From Glaucostegus cemiculus (taxonomy: Eukaryota): a DNA stretch of 64,000 nucleotides. Location: positions 4,712,001 through 4,776,000 of the forward strand of contig CDPCPM010000092.1 in assembly GCA_976551045.1 (NCBI GenBank). Reading direction: 5' to 3'. The notes below the pieces were generated by a model, which was given only the letters and a program-made list of their open reading frames with translations, was not told the origin of the DNA and did not search any database. The position numbers were made by a program, and so were the translations under genes. Below are positions 1 through 11,704 of this stretch, piece by piece. Positions within the stretch are counted from its first letter, which is position 1. Each line of letters starts with the position of its first letter.

Positions 1-960
1 ATTCACTGAAAGCCATGAACTATCCACTCCTTAATAGTATATTTTAAAAACTTTGAGCAACAATTAAGTAAAAAGATCAGTCTGGCATCTTTGTTAATCT
101 TCCACTTCCTTTAATAGATCTTATGCCATTTTTCTTTACGTAAAATTATTTCTTGATTTATTTTGCCTCTTGGTTTTTCCTCATCTTTTATTTGTTTATT
201 TTGGACTTCCTGCTCATTTTTATAAGCTGGAATTCATTATTTTCTTTAATCTCCCTGAACTTTCATTGACCAGAAGAGCATTTGAGGCCAACCACTGCCA
301 GACCTGAAACAGACACATTGGAGAGAAGTCTTTGGTGGCTCTAGGCTGAATAATGATAACTGCCACATCCAGCTCTGAGAGGTTCAGAATGGTCATGCAA
401 GGGAGTTGTCAATATGAATAAAAAGCTTGGATGATTTAAGTTAATGGAGATGGATAGCAAAGAAATACCAAGTAGAATGTCAAGCACTTTTCAATCTTCC
501 TGGGTAATGTCCAATTCAAATGATAGTTTCATATGAAGCAAAGGCAGATAAAAAAGAATGCAATTGTCCCTGACAAGCAGGATGTGCCTTCAGTCACTCT
601 AAAGTTAACTTTAACACTTTGGTCTGCTATAAATAAGCAATCACTTCCTCTCAAAAAAATAAATATCAACTCCAGCTACACCTTACATTTTTAGACAAGC
701 TACTAATTCACTTAGAAAAGCAAAACAAATTGATACCATTATAATGAGCTGAGAATCATTGCTCTGCTGCTGAGAATATTTAAATTACTGTTGCCTTCAA
801 GTATTGCTGAGGGTTTGCAGATTAGCTTTTTAATGAAGTCTTGTCACTCATGTAGAGGCATGAGTGATGACAAGAAAATGATTTGTAATAGCATATTATA
901 AACAAAGTGCAATAAGTGCTACAACTTACAAAAGTGTACAAGGGCGCAAGGTATAGATGC

Positions 961-1178
961 CACACACGAAAAGCTAGAGGAACTCAGCAGGTCAGGCAAC
1001 ATCTACAGAGGAAAATGAGGAGCTGACTGCTTTACCTGTGAGCAGTCCAAATGAATGTTTCAGGTCGTGACCATCGACTGCTCATCTCCCTCCATAGATG
1101 CTGCCTGACCTGCTGAGTTCCTCCAGCTTTTTGTGTGTTGCTCCAGATTCCAGCATCTGCAGTCTCTCTTGTGTCTCC
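961..1178. mobile_element. Penelope-derived terminal repeat arranged as an inverted pair (fold-back)
   Basis: 961-1023 (gaggaactcagcaggtcaggc...) is an imperfect reverse complement of 1078-1137. The right arm ends in the family terminus ccagcatctgcagtc. Confidence 0.75.
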
Positions 1179-1454
1179 AGCCAGGCTTCAGCAGGAAGAG
1201 CCAGGAGAGATATTCAACTACTGTCCACCGCCAGCTGGAAGTTGGCAATGTTGCCCGCAAGAGATCTGAACCACATTTCAGATGAGTCACACTTAACAGC
1301 CAGAGTTATCCCTGGGCAGCAAAGGGGAATATTGTTGAAGCACAACAGGTGTGGAATGGGTCTGGTGGGTGGAGGTGGGAATGGGTGTGGGGGGTCTAGC
1401 TGGGAATCAGATGTGGGAAGAGGTCAGATTTTATAGTTATGTTATCCATTCAGA

Positions 1455-2150
1455 GAATATAAACTTTGCTGGCAACACCAAAGTCTATTGCCTATTCCTA
1501 GTTGCCCCTGAGCCAAGGATTAAGAATCAATGACTGTCTGGAATGGCATAGGTGGGTTTTTAACAATAATCTGATGGTTTGTTGGCAGAGAATGTTTTTG
1601 GCAGTGGGCAGGAGGGGTGGGGTTTGAATTCCACATTTATCTAATTATGTGAATTTTTAAATTTCCTAATTACCCTGATGGGATTTAAACCGTGTCTCTC
1701 AATGGTCCAGAACTCTGATTGCTAGTCTAATAATTTATCCTCTGTCAGTCTTCAATCACAACCAGTCCATTGAATCAAGGATGACTTGTTTCAATTCTGC
1801 TTTTCTGAGGTCTATGTGGAAACCACAGACTCTATACAAATGTACCAATGGACAAGGTGGTATACACTACATGTTCCTAATTTACCTGTGAGCATAAGAC
1901 CCATTCAAATAGTATGAGACTGGCATAACAATTAGGCTGGATGTTTAGATATGCAGATTTCCTTTCCTAAAGGAGGTTAATATGTCATCTGTGAACTTAC
2001 ATTCTTTTAACAACCTCTATGTACACTTACTTCCTGGTGGGAGCTCACAAAAATATTTGATTTATTCAGTTCACTGGAGCAGTTTGTCATTGCAGGACTT
2101 GAACTCATAGTTGCCAGGTTGCCAGCTCAGTACCAGTCACTCAGCTTCGG
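1455..2150 (-). mobile_element. Two old tRNA-derived SINE remnants, one with an LF-SINE-like/CR1 tail
   Basis: Degenerate gctggcaa..tattgcc..tcctagttgccc tail motif near 1468-1512. B-box-like sequences on minus near 1680-1692 and 2095-2106 (GAGTTCAAGTCC). Confidence 0.4.
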
Positions 2151-2539
2151 TATCCTTTCTCTGACAATTTATTTTAGTAACAAAAAAAATCAAAGGAATG
2201 AATGTGAAAGATGGTGAGATTGGCTGAGTTTGACTTTGAATTTTTTGCACTATTTTGTATGTTTCAAAGTTTTGAATTACACAATGTTAGTAAATTGCGA
2301 TCGTTTGTTTCGAGAAAGGCTTGATTGAATATTTTGCTGGTGACAGAAACATATGAAACAATGAATGAAATTGACAGCCAATGGTTTTGAAATGCTTTAC
2401 GCTCTGATTACTAATCACCCTGGCCTTCTCTTCCTAGCTCATAAAGTGATGATTTTGCATCAATGAATAATTATCCACAATGAGAGGCTATTAGCCATAT
2501 CTAGACCTGCTGCCTCTCATTTGATTCAACAGCATGCTC

Positions 2540-2740
2540 AATTTGTCATGTATATCTTGTGAAGTAGCTTTGGAATTGACTACAATGTTAGTGTTTCCCT
2601 GGACAATGAACACAGACAGGATTTGAGATGGAAGGAGGTCACTTCTGAGGATGCAGCACAATAGTGCCCAGCAGTCACCTGGGAGATGAGAAGGGGAATG
2701 AGAAGCACATTGCCATCTGGGATGGGAAGAGATCTCCATT
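2540..2740 (-). mobile_element. Possible PIF/Harbinger transposase N-terminal relic
   Basis: ORF 2491..2739 reads WQC...LCCILRSDLLPS...TNIVVNSKATSQ, loosely like HARBI1-type QC..ICHLL..DL.P..VT.ALNF.A.GSFQ. Confidence 0.3.
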
Positions 2741-2802
2741 GTAAGTGAGTATTAGGGTACCCCTCGTGGGGCTTGAGGAAGGATGCAAATATATGTCTAC
2801 AG

Positions 2803-3035
2803 CAGAGAAATAAAGGACTGCAGATGCTGGAATATCAAGATGAAATCACTATGATGCTGGAGAACTCAGCAGGCCAGACAGCATCTGTGCAGGAAAGCAG
2901 ATGGTCAATGTTTCGGGTCAGGACCCTTCTTCAGGACTGAAGATAGGAAAAGGGGAAGCCCAATATATAGGAGGGAAAAGCAGAGCAGTGGGAGGTGGAC
3001 AAAAGAGGGGAGGCAGGGTGGGCATGAGGTGATGA
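2803..3035 (-). mobile_element. Penelope-like element 3' terminal repeat
   Basis: ggactgcagatgctgg...aactcagcagg...gcagcatc terminus plus hammerhead motif. Same subfamily as 28450-28645. Confidence 0.75.
2904..2939 (-). ncRNA. Minimal type I hammerhead ribozyme motif (partly decayed)
   Basis: Minus strand CAGTC-CTGAAGA-A-GGGTCCTGACCC-GAAACATT-GAC: CUGANGA and GAAA core boxes, perfect stem II, GTC/GAC stem I. Confidence 0.7.
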
Positions 3036-3274
3036 TTGCTAAACGTCCAAAGCAGTTTAATAAATGTAGCGGAATAATATAGACATAAAATGTGTTTAGG
3101 TAGAAAGCATCAATAAAAATGTTATTATTCCTCTATCTGTTTATGCAAAGCTGCAAAAAAATTAAGTACTTTTTTTGTCTTCTAACTTTTACACCTGCTG
3201 GTCATTTTTATTCCATTTAAGCTTCAAATATTACTTCCAATAAGGAGGACTGTTCTTTGCCTTAATATGACAAC

Positions 3275-3645
3275 AGAAGAATTAGAAGGAGTAGACCATC
3301 TGGTCATTCGAGTCTGGTCTGCCAATCAACAGCATCAATTATCAGTGCTATTCCTATATCCCTCAATCCCTTTAATGTCCAGAAATCTCTCAATCACTTT
3401 TCTGAATGAATACTATAACTGAGTCTCCATAGCCCTCAAGGAAAGAGAATGCCAAAGATTCACCACTCTAAGAGCAAAAAAAAGTTCTCCACATCACAGT
3501 CCTAAGTAGTCTATCCTTTATTCTGAAATTGTGCACTCTGGTAATAGACTCTTCAGCCAGGGGAAACATTCTCTATGTCTGGCTGTTAAACCCCTTTTCA
3601 ATTTTGTAAATTTCAATGCAATCGTTTCTCATGCTTCTAAACTCT
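3275..3645 (-). mobile_element. CR1 LINE 3' fragment
   Basis: ggagtagaccatctgg..gagtctg 3' UTR motif and ORF2 C-terminal remnant, homologous to 34930-35330. Confidence 0.75.
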
Positions 3646-3649
3646 AAAG

Positions 3650-3840
3650 AAAATTGGTAAATTGGTTTACTATTATTACATGTACCAAGGTACAGTGGAA
3701 AAGTTTGTATTGCAGACCATCCATACAGATAATTTCATTACAATAATGCAAGGGAAAGCAATAATAGAATGCAGAATAAAGTGTTACAGTTACAGGGAAA
3801 GTACAGCGCAGGCAGACAATAAGGTGCAAGCATATAACAA
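3650..3840 (-). mobile_element. Rex1/Babar LINE 3' UTR fragment
   Basis: Matches the tails at 4389-4620 and 62650-62868 (ccttgcaccttattgtc..cactgtacct.ggtaca.gt). Confidence 0.75.
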
Positions 3841-4388
3841 CCATGATGCCAATCTAACTAATCCCATCTGCCTGCACATGGTCCATATCACTCTAATATC
3901 TGCCTATTCATGTGTCTGTTTGAAATACCTCTTAAATGTCGCTATTGTATCTGCTTCTACCACCTCTCAGCAGTGCATTCCAAGTACCTGCGTAAAAACA
4001 ATTTGCCTTGGAAATCTCCTTTGAGCTTTCTGCCTCTCACCTTAAATCTATATCCTCCAGTATTTGACATTTCCAGCCTGGGAAAAAGATTCTGACTACC
4101 TTCTCTCACATTTTTATATACTTCTATCAGGTTGCCCCTCAGCCTCTGATGCTCCAAAGAAAACAATCCAAGTTTGTCCAAACTCTCTTATAGCTAGTAT
4201 ACTCCAATCCAGGCAACATCCTGATGAACCTTTTCTGCATCCTGTTCAAAGCCTCCACATCCTTCCTATAATGTGGCAACCAGAAATGCACACAATATTC
4301 CAAATGTGGCCAAATCAAGGTTTTATACAGCTGCAATATAACTTCCCAACCTTTATACTCAATGCCCTAACCCATGAAGGCAACCATG

Positions 4389-5481
4389 CTGTTTGGTATT
4401 GGTTTATTAGTGTCACTTGTACCGAGGTACAGTGAAAAGCTTGTCTTATAAACTGATCGTGCAGGTCAATCATTACACAGTGCAGTTACGTTGGGTCAGT
4501 ATAGAGTGCATTGAGGTAGTACAGGTAAAGACAATAACAGTACAGAGTAAAGTGTCACAGCTACAGAGAAAGTGCAGTGCAATAGGGTGCAAAGTCACAA
4601 CAAGGTAGATCGTGAGGTCAGAGCCCATCTTATCGTATTAGGGAACCGTTCAACAGTCTTATCACAGTGGGGTAGAAGCTGTCCTTAAGTCTGGTGGTAT
4701 GTGCCCTCAGGCACCTGTATCTTCTACTCAATGGAAGAGGAGAGAAGAGGGATGTCCCTGGTGGGTGGGGTCTTTGCTTATGCTGGCTGCTTCACCAAGA
4801 CAATGAGAGGGTGTCTCCAAGGAGGGGAGGCTGGTGTCTGTGATGCGCTGAGCTGTGTCCACAACTCTCTGCAGTTTCTTGCAGTCCTGGTCAGAGCAGT
4901 TGCCATACCAAGCCATGATACATCCAGATAGGATGCTTTCTATGGTGCATCGGTAAAAGTTGGTGAGAGTCAGAGGACAAACCAAATTTCTTTAGCCGCT
5001 TGAGGAAGTAGAGGTGCCGGTGAGCTTTCTCGGCCGTGGCATCTATGTGATTTGACGAGGACAGGCTACTGGTGATGTTCACTCCCAGGAACTTGAAGCT
5101 CTCAACCCTCTCAACCTCAGCACCATTGATGTAGACAGGTGCATGTACACCGTCCCCTCTCCTGAAGTCAATGACCAGCTCTTCTGTTTTGTTGACATTG
5201 AGGGAAAGGTTGTTGTCATGACACCATTCCACTAAGCTCTCTATCTCCTTCCTATACTCCGACTCATCGCTGTTTGAGCTATGGTCTACAACAGCGGTAT
5301 CATCTGCAAACGTGTAGACGGAGTTAGAGCAGAATCTGGCCACATAGTCGTGAGTGTATAGGGAGTAGAGTAGAGGGCTGAGGATGCAGCCTTGTAGGGC
5401 ACCAGGGTTGAGAATAATCATGACAGAGGTATTGCTGCCTATCCTCACTGATTGTGGTCTGTTTGTTGGAAAGTCAAGGAT
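4389..5481 (-). mobile_element. 5'-truncated Rex1/Babar LINE with frameshifted RT
   Basis: GALQGCILSPLLYSLYTHD, FADDT, LNVNKTEELVIDFRR, FKFLGV, then FYRCTIESIL..AWYGNC in another frame. AATAAACCAATACCAAAC tail. Confidence 0.9.
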
Positions 5482-5625
5482 CTAGTACACTTTTTTTGCC
5501 ACACTATCAGTGTATGTTACCGCTCTCAGGGAGCTATGAACCTGCACTATGAACAAGATCCCTCTGTGCTCCTTAGGGCTCTGCCATAGACTGTGTTTGA
5601 CCTCTTGAATTTGACCTCCCAAAAT

Positions 5626-5921
5626 GCATGGTAGTGCAGCAGTCAACATAATGCTATTACAGTGCCAGCCACCTGGGTTCAGTTCTGGCCACTGTCTGCA
5701 AGGAGTTTGTATGTTCTGCCTGTAACTGCATGGGTTTCCTCCAGGTGCTCCGGTTTCCTCCCACATTCCAAAGATGTACAGGTTAGGAAGTTGTAGGTAT
5801 GTTATGTTGGCACCAGATGCATGGCAGCACCTGCGGGCTGCTCCCAGAACATTCTACACAAAGGTACATTTCACTGTATGTTTCAAGGTACATGTAACTA
5901 ATAAAGAAATCTTATCTTATC
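5626..5921 (+). mobile_element. Full-length tRNA-derived V-SINE (HE1-related)
   Basis: B-box-like gggttcagttct, V domain tgggtttcctccaggtgctccggtttcctcccaca, tail aataaagaaatcttatcttatc. Confidence 0.9.
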
Positions 5922-6329
5922 ACATCACACTAGTATGGATTAAATTGCATCTGCTATTTTTCCACCCAAATTTCCAACTGATTTATGTCCTGCTGCATCC
6001 TTTGAGAACCCTCCTCAACAACTCTACAACTCCATTAATTTTCATGTCTCTGCAAATTTACTAATCAGAATGCAGACTTTTTCATTCAGGTCATTTATAT
6101 ATAACAAACCACCAGAGGTCCTAGCATTGATCCTTACGGACCACCACTGGCTACAGACCTCCAGTCAGAAAAACACCCCTCCACCACTATCCTCTGTCAT
6201 CTACAATCAAGTCAACCTTAACTGTAACTTTTTCAATTGAGGCCAGTCAATTTCAGCAAATTGGACTGTTGCTGTTCAAGTGTATGAGAGGCGAGGCAGA
6301 GAAAGTATAGTGTCTGAAAAAACATCAGT

Positions 6330-7790
6330 GTTCACGGAGCACAACAGTCTCAGAGTGTGGTCTTTGGTGAGTGAGGGGCTTTGGTGAGATGGATGACTGC
6401 TGGGTAAAGTTGTAATCTCTGCACTATCTCTGGTACCAGGGAATAAGAGGATATGTCAGATGAATGTGTGGCTAAAGGGAAGGTGTAGGAGGGAAGGCTT
6501 TACACTTTTGGATCACTGAGACTAGTTCTGAGGAAGATGGGACCTAGAGAAGCAGGACTACTTGCACCTGAACCAAAATATAATTAATATCTGTGTTGAA
6601 AGGTTTCCTTGTGCTGTTGGGGAAAGTTCAAATTAACTTGGCAGGGGAATGGGGAACAGAGTAGACACACAGCTGAGGGATACTGTAGTAAAATATAAAG
6701 ATAAACTTGGTGCTTTGATCAGCACATGGGAATCTGATATTGTTGCTGATACATAAACTTGGTTGAAGATAGGGCAGGACTGCCAAGTCAAAGTTCCAGG
6801 GTATAAAATCTTCAGGTGTAACAGGGGTTTGGGTGGGGGGGGGGAATAAAAAGAAAGAGGTGGCATTGTAATACTGATTAAGGAACATTACTGAAGTAAT
6901 GAGGAGGGATATTCTAGAAGACTGTTCAAATGAGGCCATATGGGAAGAACATGGGAACAAAAAGAGGCCAATCATTTTTCTGTGGTTGTACAACAGGCCT
7001 TCTAACAGTCAGCATGAGAATGAGGAGCAGATATATGGACAAATCACAGAGATAAGAGACCAATATGGTTATAGTAGTAGTGGATTTCAATTTCCCAATA
7101 TTAACTGGGATATGTTTTAGTGTGAAAGACTTAGAAATGGTGGAAGCTTTAAAGTGCAATCCAGGAGAATGTTATGAGCCAATACATAAATAGAGGGGCC
7201 TAATTTTGGGGAATGTAACTGGGCAAGTGGTTGCAGTGTCAGTGGGAGAGCATTTCAGAGGTAGAGACCCTAACTCTTGTAAGTTTCAAGGTAGCTATGG
7301 AAAGGGATAAAGATGGTCTAGAAATTAAAGTCCAAGATTGTGGGAAGGCCAATTTCAATATCATAAGACAGGACCTGGCAAATATAGGCTGGGAGCAGCT
7401 ACTTGCAGGGAGTTTCACAACCAAAATGTAGGAAGAATCTAACTCTGAAATAGAGTTCAGGCCCAGTGGGTTCCCATAAGGGTGAAAGGAAATGACAGCA
7501 AGTTCAAGGAACCCTGGAGGTCAGGGGATAGCAAAGGGTATTTAAAAAAAAACAAATGACAGCAATAGAGAATTCAAAACAGGAGGATGGAAAATGTAGT
7601 GGGGGGGGTACTGAAAAAAAGATCAGGAGGACAAAGATGAGGCATGAAGTATCACTAATGGCAGGACTACACAATAAATCCCAAAGCTTTTTATGATTAA
7701 TACCAATGGCAAGAAGGTAACCAGGGGGAAAAGGCATGGCCCATTAGTGATCAAAGTGACAATCTGTGTGTGGAATATTCTTATTTATCA
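6330..7790 (+). mobile_element. Old CR1 5' portion (5' UTR, esterase C-terminus, APE endonuclease), internally deleted
   Basis: ggctttgg 5' UTR motif joined to VVIS..VP..N..I.QMNVWL..C..EGF. Then ITxTWL, YRP, DFxFPNINW, W.KANFNIIRQDLA remnants. Confidence 0.75.
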
Positions 7791-7829
7791 GTAATAAGTA
7801 TTCTCACTCATCAGAATCCAACCCTGGGT

Positions 7830-8190
7830 GCCCCTTGTGTTCCCACGTATCACTTTCCAACAGCTGTCACCACCTGAATCATCCACACACCCCTCCTGGC
7901 TCCATCTTCCTCCTTCCTTTTGTCTGCCTCCATCTATCACAGCTCCCAACTCTGCCCCTCCCCCTCCTTGCCTAGCTCAACCTGCTCGTCATCCTTCCAT
8001 GCCCCCTTCCTCCCCCTCAGTCTGCCTCTCACCTCTGGCCTCTCTCTCACCACTTCCCGCCCACCCACCTCCTCTTAATTCTGGTTATTTCCCCCTCTCC
8101 TCTCTCAGTCCTGATGTACAGTCTCCTGGACAATTCCTTTCCCCACAGATGCTACTTGGCCCATTAAGTTCCTTCAGCAGATTGTTTATT
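7830..8190 (+). mobile_element. Penelope-like 3' terminal region (CT-rich tract plus broken hammerhead)
   Basis: Pyrimidine-rich tract, then cagtcctgatg and cacagatgct..gttcc..cagcagattg terminus. Confidence 0.65.
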
Positions 8191-8397
8191 GCTAATATGT
8201 AGCTTCATGTTGGAAAAACAAACCCTCTCATACAGTGGATCATAATTGATCTAATAATATCTTATGTAGGGAATTGTCAGTCTTTTAAATCTGTGCTTTT
8301 GATTGCTTGGAAAACAAGCTTCTAAAAATATTCAAATAGCTCCTTTAATTGGAACTATTTTCAGACCAGTGCAACACAAACAAACTAAATCACTCAC

Positions 8398-8433
8398 TTT
8401 GGGGTAACGGACAATACTCTAGTTTGGTTGCGA
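8398..8433 (-). CDS. Candidate 36-nt symmetric exon of an unidentified host gene
   Basis: Minus strand: CACTAAT branch point, TTTGTCCTTGCAG acceptor, 36 nt, AAA|GTGAGT donor. Open in two frames (ATKLEYCPLPQ or RNQTRVLSVTP). Retained CpGs, unique sequence. Confidence 0.45.
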
Positions 8434-9055
8434 CTGCAAGGACAAATTTGTTTCACATTAGTGCTGTCGACTTCTATTAATCTCTTCAAGTTTTGAATCA
8501 CCTTTGTTTACATTCTGTTTCTTTGTGCATTCAAGAGCAACTAAGCCAGTCTCAAAGAAAGCCAGGTGGAGATATTTATCTACTTCAACCAGAAATAGGA
8601 ACATACTAAACTGGCAGGCAAGAGAAGATCAGATGGTCCATCAAAGCTGCCCAATTCATTGTGATCTGCACCCCACAAGCCCTCAATATTTTGTTTCACT
8701 ACAGATGATCTGATAACTGAATGTGTGTTCTTATTAATAGATTTTAGAAATTGCTCTTCAACTGATGTTCCAGGATTCTTTGTGCTCTTCACTGATTGCT
8801 TGTGATGATTTTGTGGTTTCTTGGAGTAATAAAGACATGACCCAAAATTTTTGCTTTAGACATAATCAGTTGTCCAAGTTTGACCCTCAGTTGAGCTAGT
8901 TTTGAGAAGAGTTTCCTCATGATTCTGATCAAATGTGCCTGCATTTCCCCAAACGTAAAACCTGCCATGAGCCAGAGCAAACAAACAGCTTCTTAGAATA
9001 TAATTTTTAAAGACATTTTGTGCTTACAAAAGAATCCTTTGCTATGATTAAGAGA

Positions 9056-9156
9056 GGAAGTGTGGCGACACTTGTGGGCTGCCCCCCAAACACTCTACAC
9101 AAAAGATGCATTTCACTGTGTGCTTCAGTGTACACGTGACTAATAAGGATATCTTA
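9056..9156 (+). mobile_element. 5'-truncated V-SINE (tail only)
   Basis: gtggcgacacttgtgggctgccccc...catttcactgtg...gtgactaataa. Confidence 0.85.
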
Positions 9157-9338
9157 TTAACATGATGCAGTTTTAATTGTATCACTATAAGTGGGATCTT
9201 ACTGCAAAACTATGCAACTCTTAATATAAGAAGTTAGTTCATCACATGTAACTGATTTTAAATGACTGAAAATCACATTACAAGACTAAAAATAACCTTT
9301 TACTGATTATGTTGCTTTTCAGCACAATTAAATCTATT

Positions 9339-9340
9339 AT

Positions 9341-9405
<65 letters not shown>
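9339..9405. repeat. Compound (CA)n-(TA)n-(CA)n microsatellite
   Basis: Directly visible dinucleotide runs. Confidence 0.98.
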
Positions 9406-9409
<4 letters not shown>

Positions 9410-11704
9410 AGAAGGTGCCTTTTAGCATTTTGGTGATTTTGAAGCAAATTCTGTTGAAATTATAACATAATTGACCAGAAATATAAGAAATGCAAGATAC
9501 ATACTGATGCTTAGACAAGAATTGTTCCTTTAATGCTTTCACATCTTTAACAATATCTTAAAGTGATTAGTTGCTGGCTAGTGTTGTAACAGTGTTTGGA
9601 TGAAGAAAGATTTAGAAAGAACCTCCTTAAAAAATACTTTCAGGATGCTGTCTGGCTCTGTAAACTGCTCTGTGAATAAATTATCATTGACCGTTTAAAT
9701 TGCTAACTATTTGCAATATTTTAGTGAATGTATAAGGGACATACTGGGTTGGAAACTCTTGACCAGAGTATCAACCATCATACAAGCTCTGGAGCAGCTT
9801 GTCTCTGGAATGTTGAGAAATGAGAAAAACTTACTTTTGTTCACATTGCTTACAGGGTTTTATTTTTTTGTTTCTTTCAGTGGGTGGGGAGATTCAGTGT
9901 ATTGGACAGTAGCATCTTTGTTCTAACATCAAATATTCTTCATTCTATTAGGTCTTACTAGCATGATTTGAGTTATTCCATGAATTTGCAGGAACTAAAG
10001 ATTTGTGTAATGTCAAAGAATCCAAGACTATTTCTATTCGACTATATATTCATATCCAAGAGCCTGATGCTTGGGATTAAATCTTCAATGAATGGTTTCA
10101 TGGGAGGTTCTGCAGTAATAACTTACAATGGTGGGAAGAGAGTGAAATGGGGAGAAACCACAGGTGGGAAAATTGCAATTTTGTATTTTCTGCCTAACCT
10201 GCAAAAAATATAACTGCTGGATGTATTTTAAAACTTTTCACCAGACATCCTGAAAAGCAAGGTGCCTATTAGCTGGGAGATCTTTGGAGAATGGATCATA
10301 GAGCAAGGAGACTGAAAAAGGAGAGAGGGGAAGATTGTAAGCAGGTTGTCAGGGATGAAGGGGGATATCTAGTTCAAAAAAAGTAGATTAAGACATATCC
10401 TGGTCAGGGTGAGACATTGTAGCCACAGATTGAAATCATGAGATGAGGCGAGATCACATTTGGTCATATGACAAAGGGTGAGGGGAAGACAATAGTTGGG
10501 GGCAGAGAGATTATGGTTGTGTGGAGAATTGTTATCAGGGAAAGAGGTCATAATTAGAGGGAGAAATTGAGGTCGGGGGGAGAGAAATTGTGATTCAAGA
10601 GAAGTTTATGGTGGAGAAGAGGAAATGAGTAAGAATATAGACAGCAGGTGTTGGAGAGTTGTGAGAGGGAGAAAGGAGACCTTCAACAGTGTTTAAAAGT
10701 CAACAATTTGAGTTATATATGAACCTTATGGATCCAGTCCTACTCATGCCCCTTTTTGCTTGTAGGTTTCCAGAGGCCTGACAAATCCAACAGAAACAAA
10801 GAGAATTAAAATTTGTTAAAATAAGTGCATTTAATCAGATGACCTGGCCATTTTCATTTCTTCTCTGCTGCTTAAGTCTGGCCAATTTTGCTTCAAAATG
10901 GTAACACGGAGCATGCAACCAAACAGTCTCCCTTAAATACTTTCACTGACTGTTCTGACTCATTAGGAGTGAATTGGTCACCTGTTCCCTCTGTTAGGGA
11001 TAAAGTGAGCAGGTCGTGTAGGGTGTTAAATCTTTCAAGTTCTGTCAAAAGCAAACTCATCCTGGGAGGTAAAATTACCCCAAGTGTTGAAGTAGATAAA
11101 ACCATAAAATAATTGAACAATGTTCTTAACATGCTTGAATCATCTCCCTTCCAAACAAAATAAAATATCATTTATTCATTCTCTGTAACTAGTCTAATCA
11201 TGGCAGCTTTAGAGATGTGACTAGTATGAAATCCTTATTTATCAAACCTATTCTGATGCAATGAAAACACTGTTTCTTTTAAAAAGGCAAATAATGCTAG
11301 CTACTGCTTATAACCATCATGCCAGCTCTGGAATGACAATTAGTTGCACTATGTGAATTAAGGCCTGCAAGTTAGAACTGGCAAAATGTAGGTCATGGGG
11401 GCAGATTGCCATCAGTTCCTTTACCACTTTCAAAGTATCCCAAGAGAAAATGTTACAGAGTGGCTGAAACTGTTTGAAACAAATGCACTAAATTATTAGC
11501 CCTCAGAGCTTTGACCCCACACAAACACACCATTAGATCTACTTTATTGAAGATGTCATATTAGAAGAAAAATAAAACAAACAAAAAACTAAAATTATAA
11601 GTCACTTAGTAATATATAATTACATTAGTCATTCAATCTGTATGTTGGTCTTTCTATAATCTAAATCCCACAATTAAATAAAGATCTGACAAAATGGAAG
11701 TAAA

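Larger units (their letters stand above)
3845..6215 (-). mobile_element. 5'-truncated CR1 (HER1-like) LINE interrupted by a Rex1 element and a V-SINE
   Basis: MQLYKTLIWPHLEYCVHFWLPHYRKD and LGLFSLEHQRLRGNLIEVYK are CR1 ORF2 C-terminal motifs. Homology resumes at 5482-5625 and 5922-6215. Confidence 0.85.

Noticed and set aside
7766-8202. Proline-rich ORFs here and at 23267-23570 and 49517-49954
   Set aside because: Chance translations of the CT-rich Penelope terminal tract.
10893-11171. ORF containing LLLTELERFNTLHDLLTLSL, reminiscent of dynein heavy chain QELERFN.L, with a possible 80-nt exon at 10982-11061
   Set aside because: Similarity is short, the donor (GTGACC) is weak, and no other dynein-like exons appear in 64 kb.
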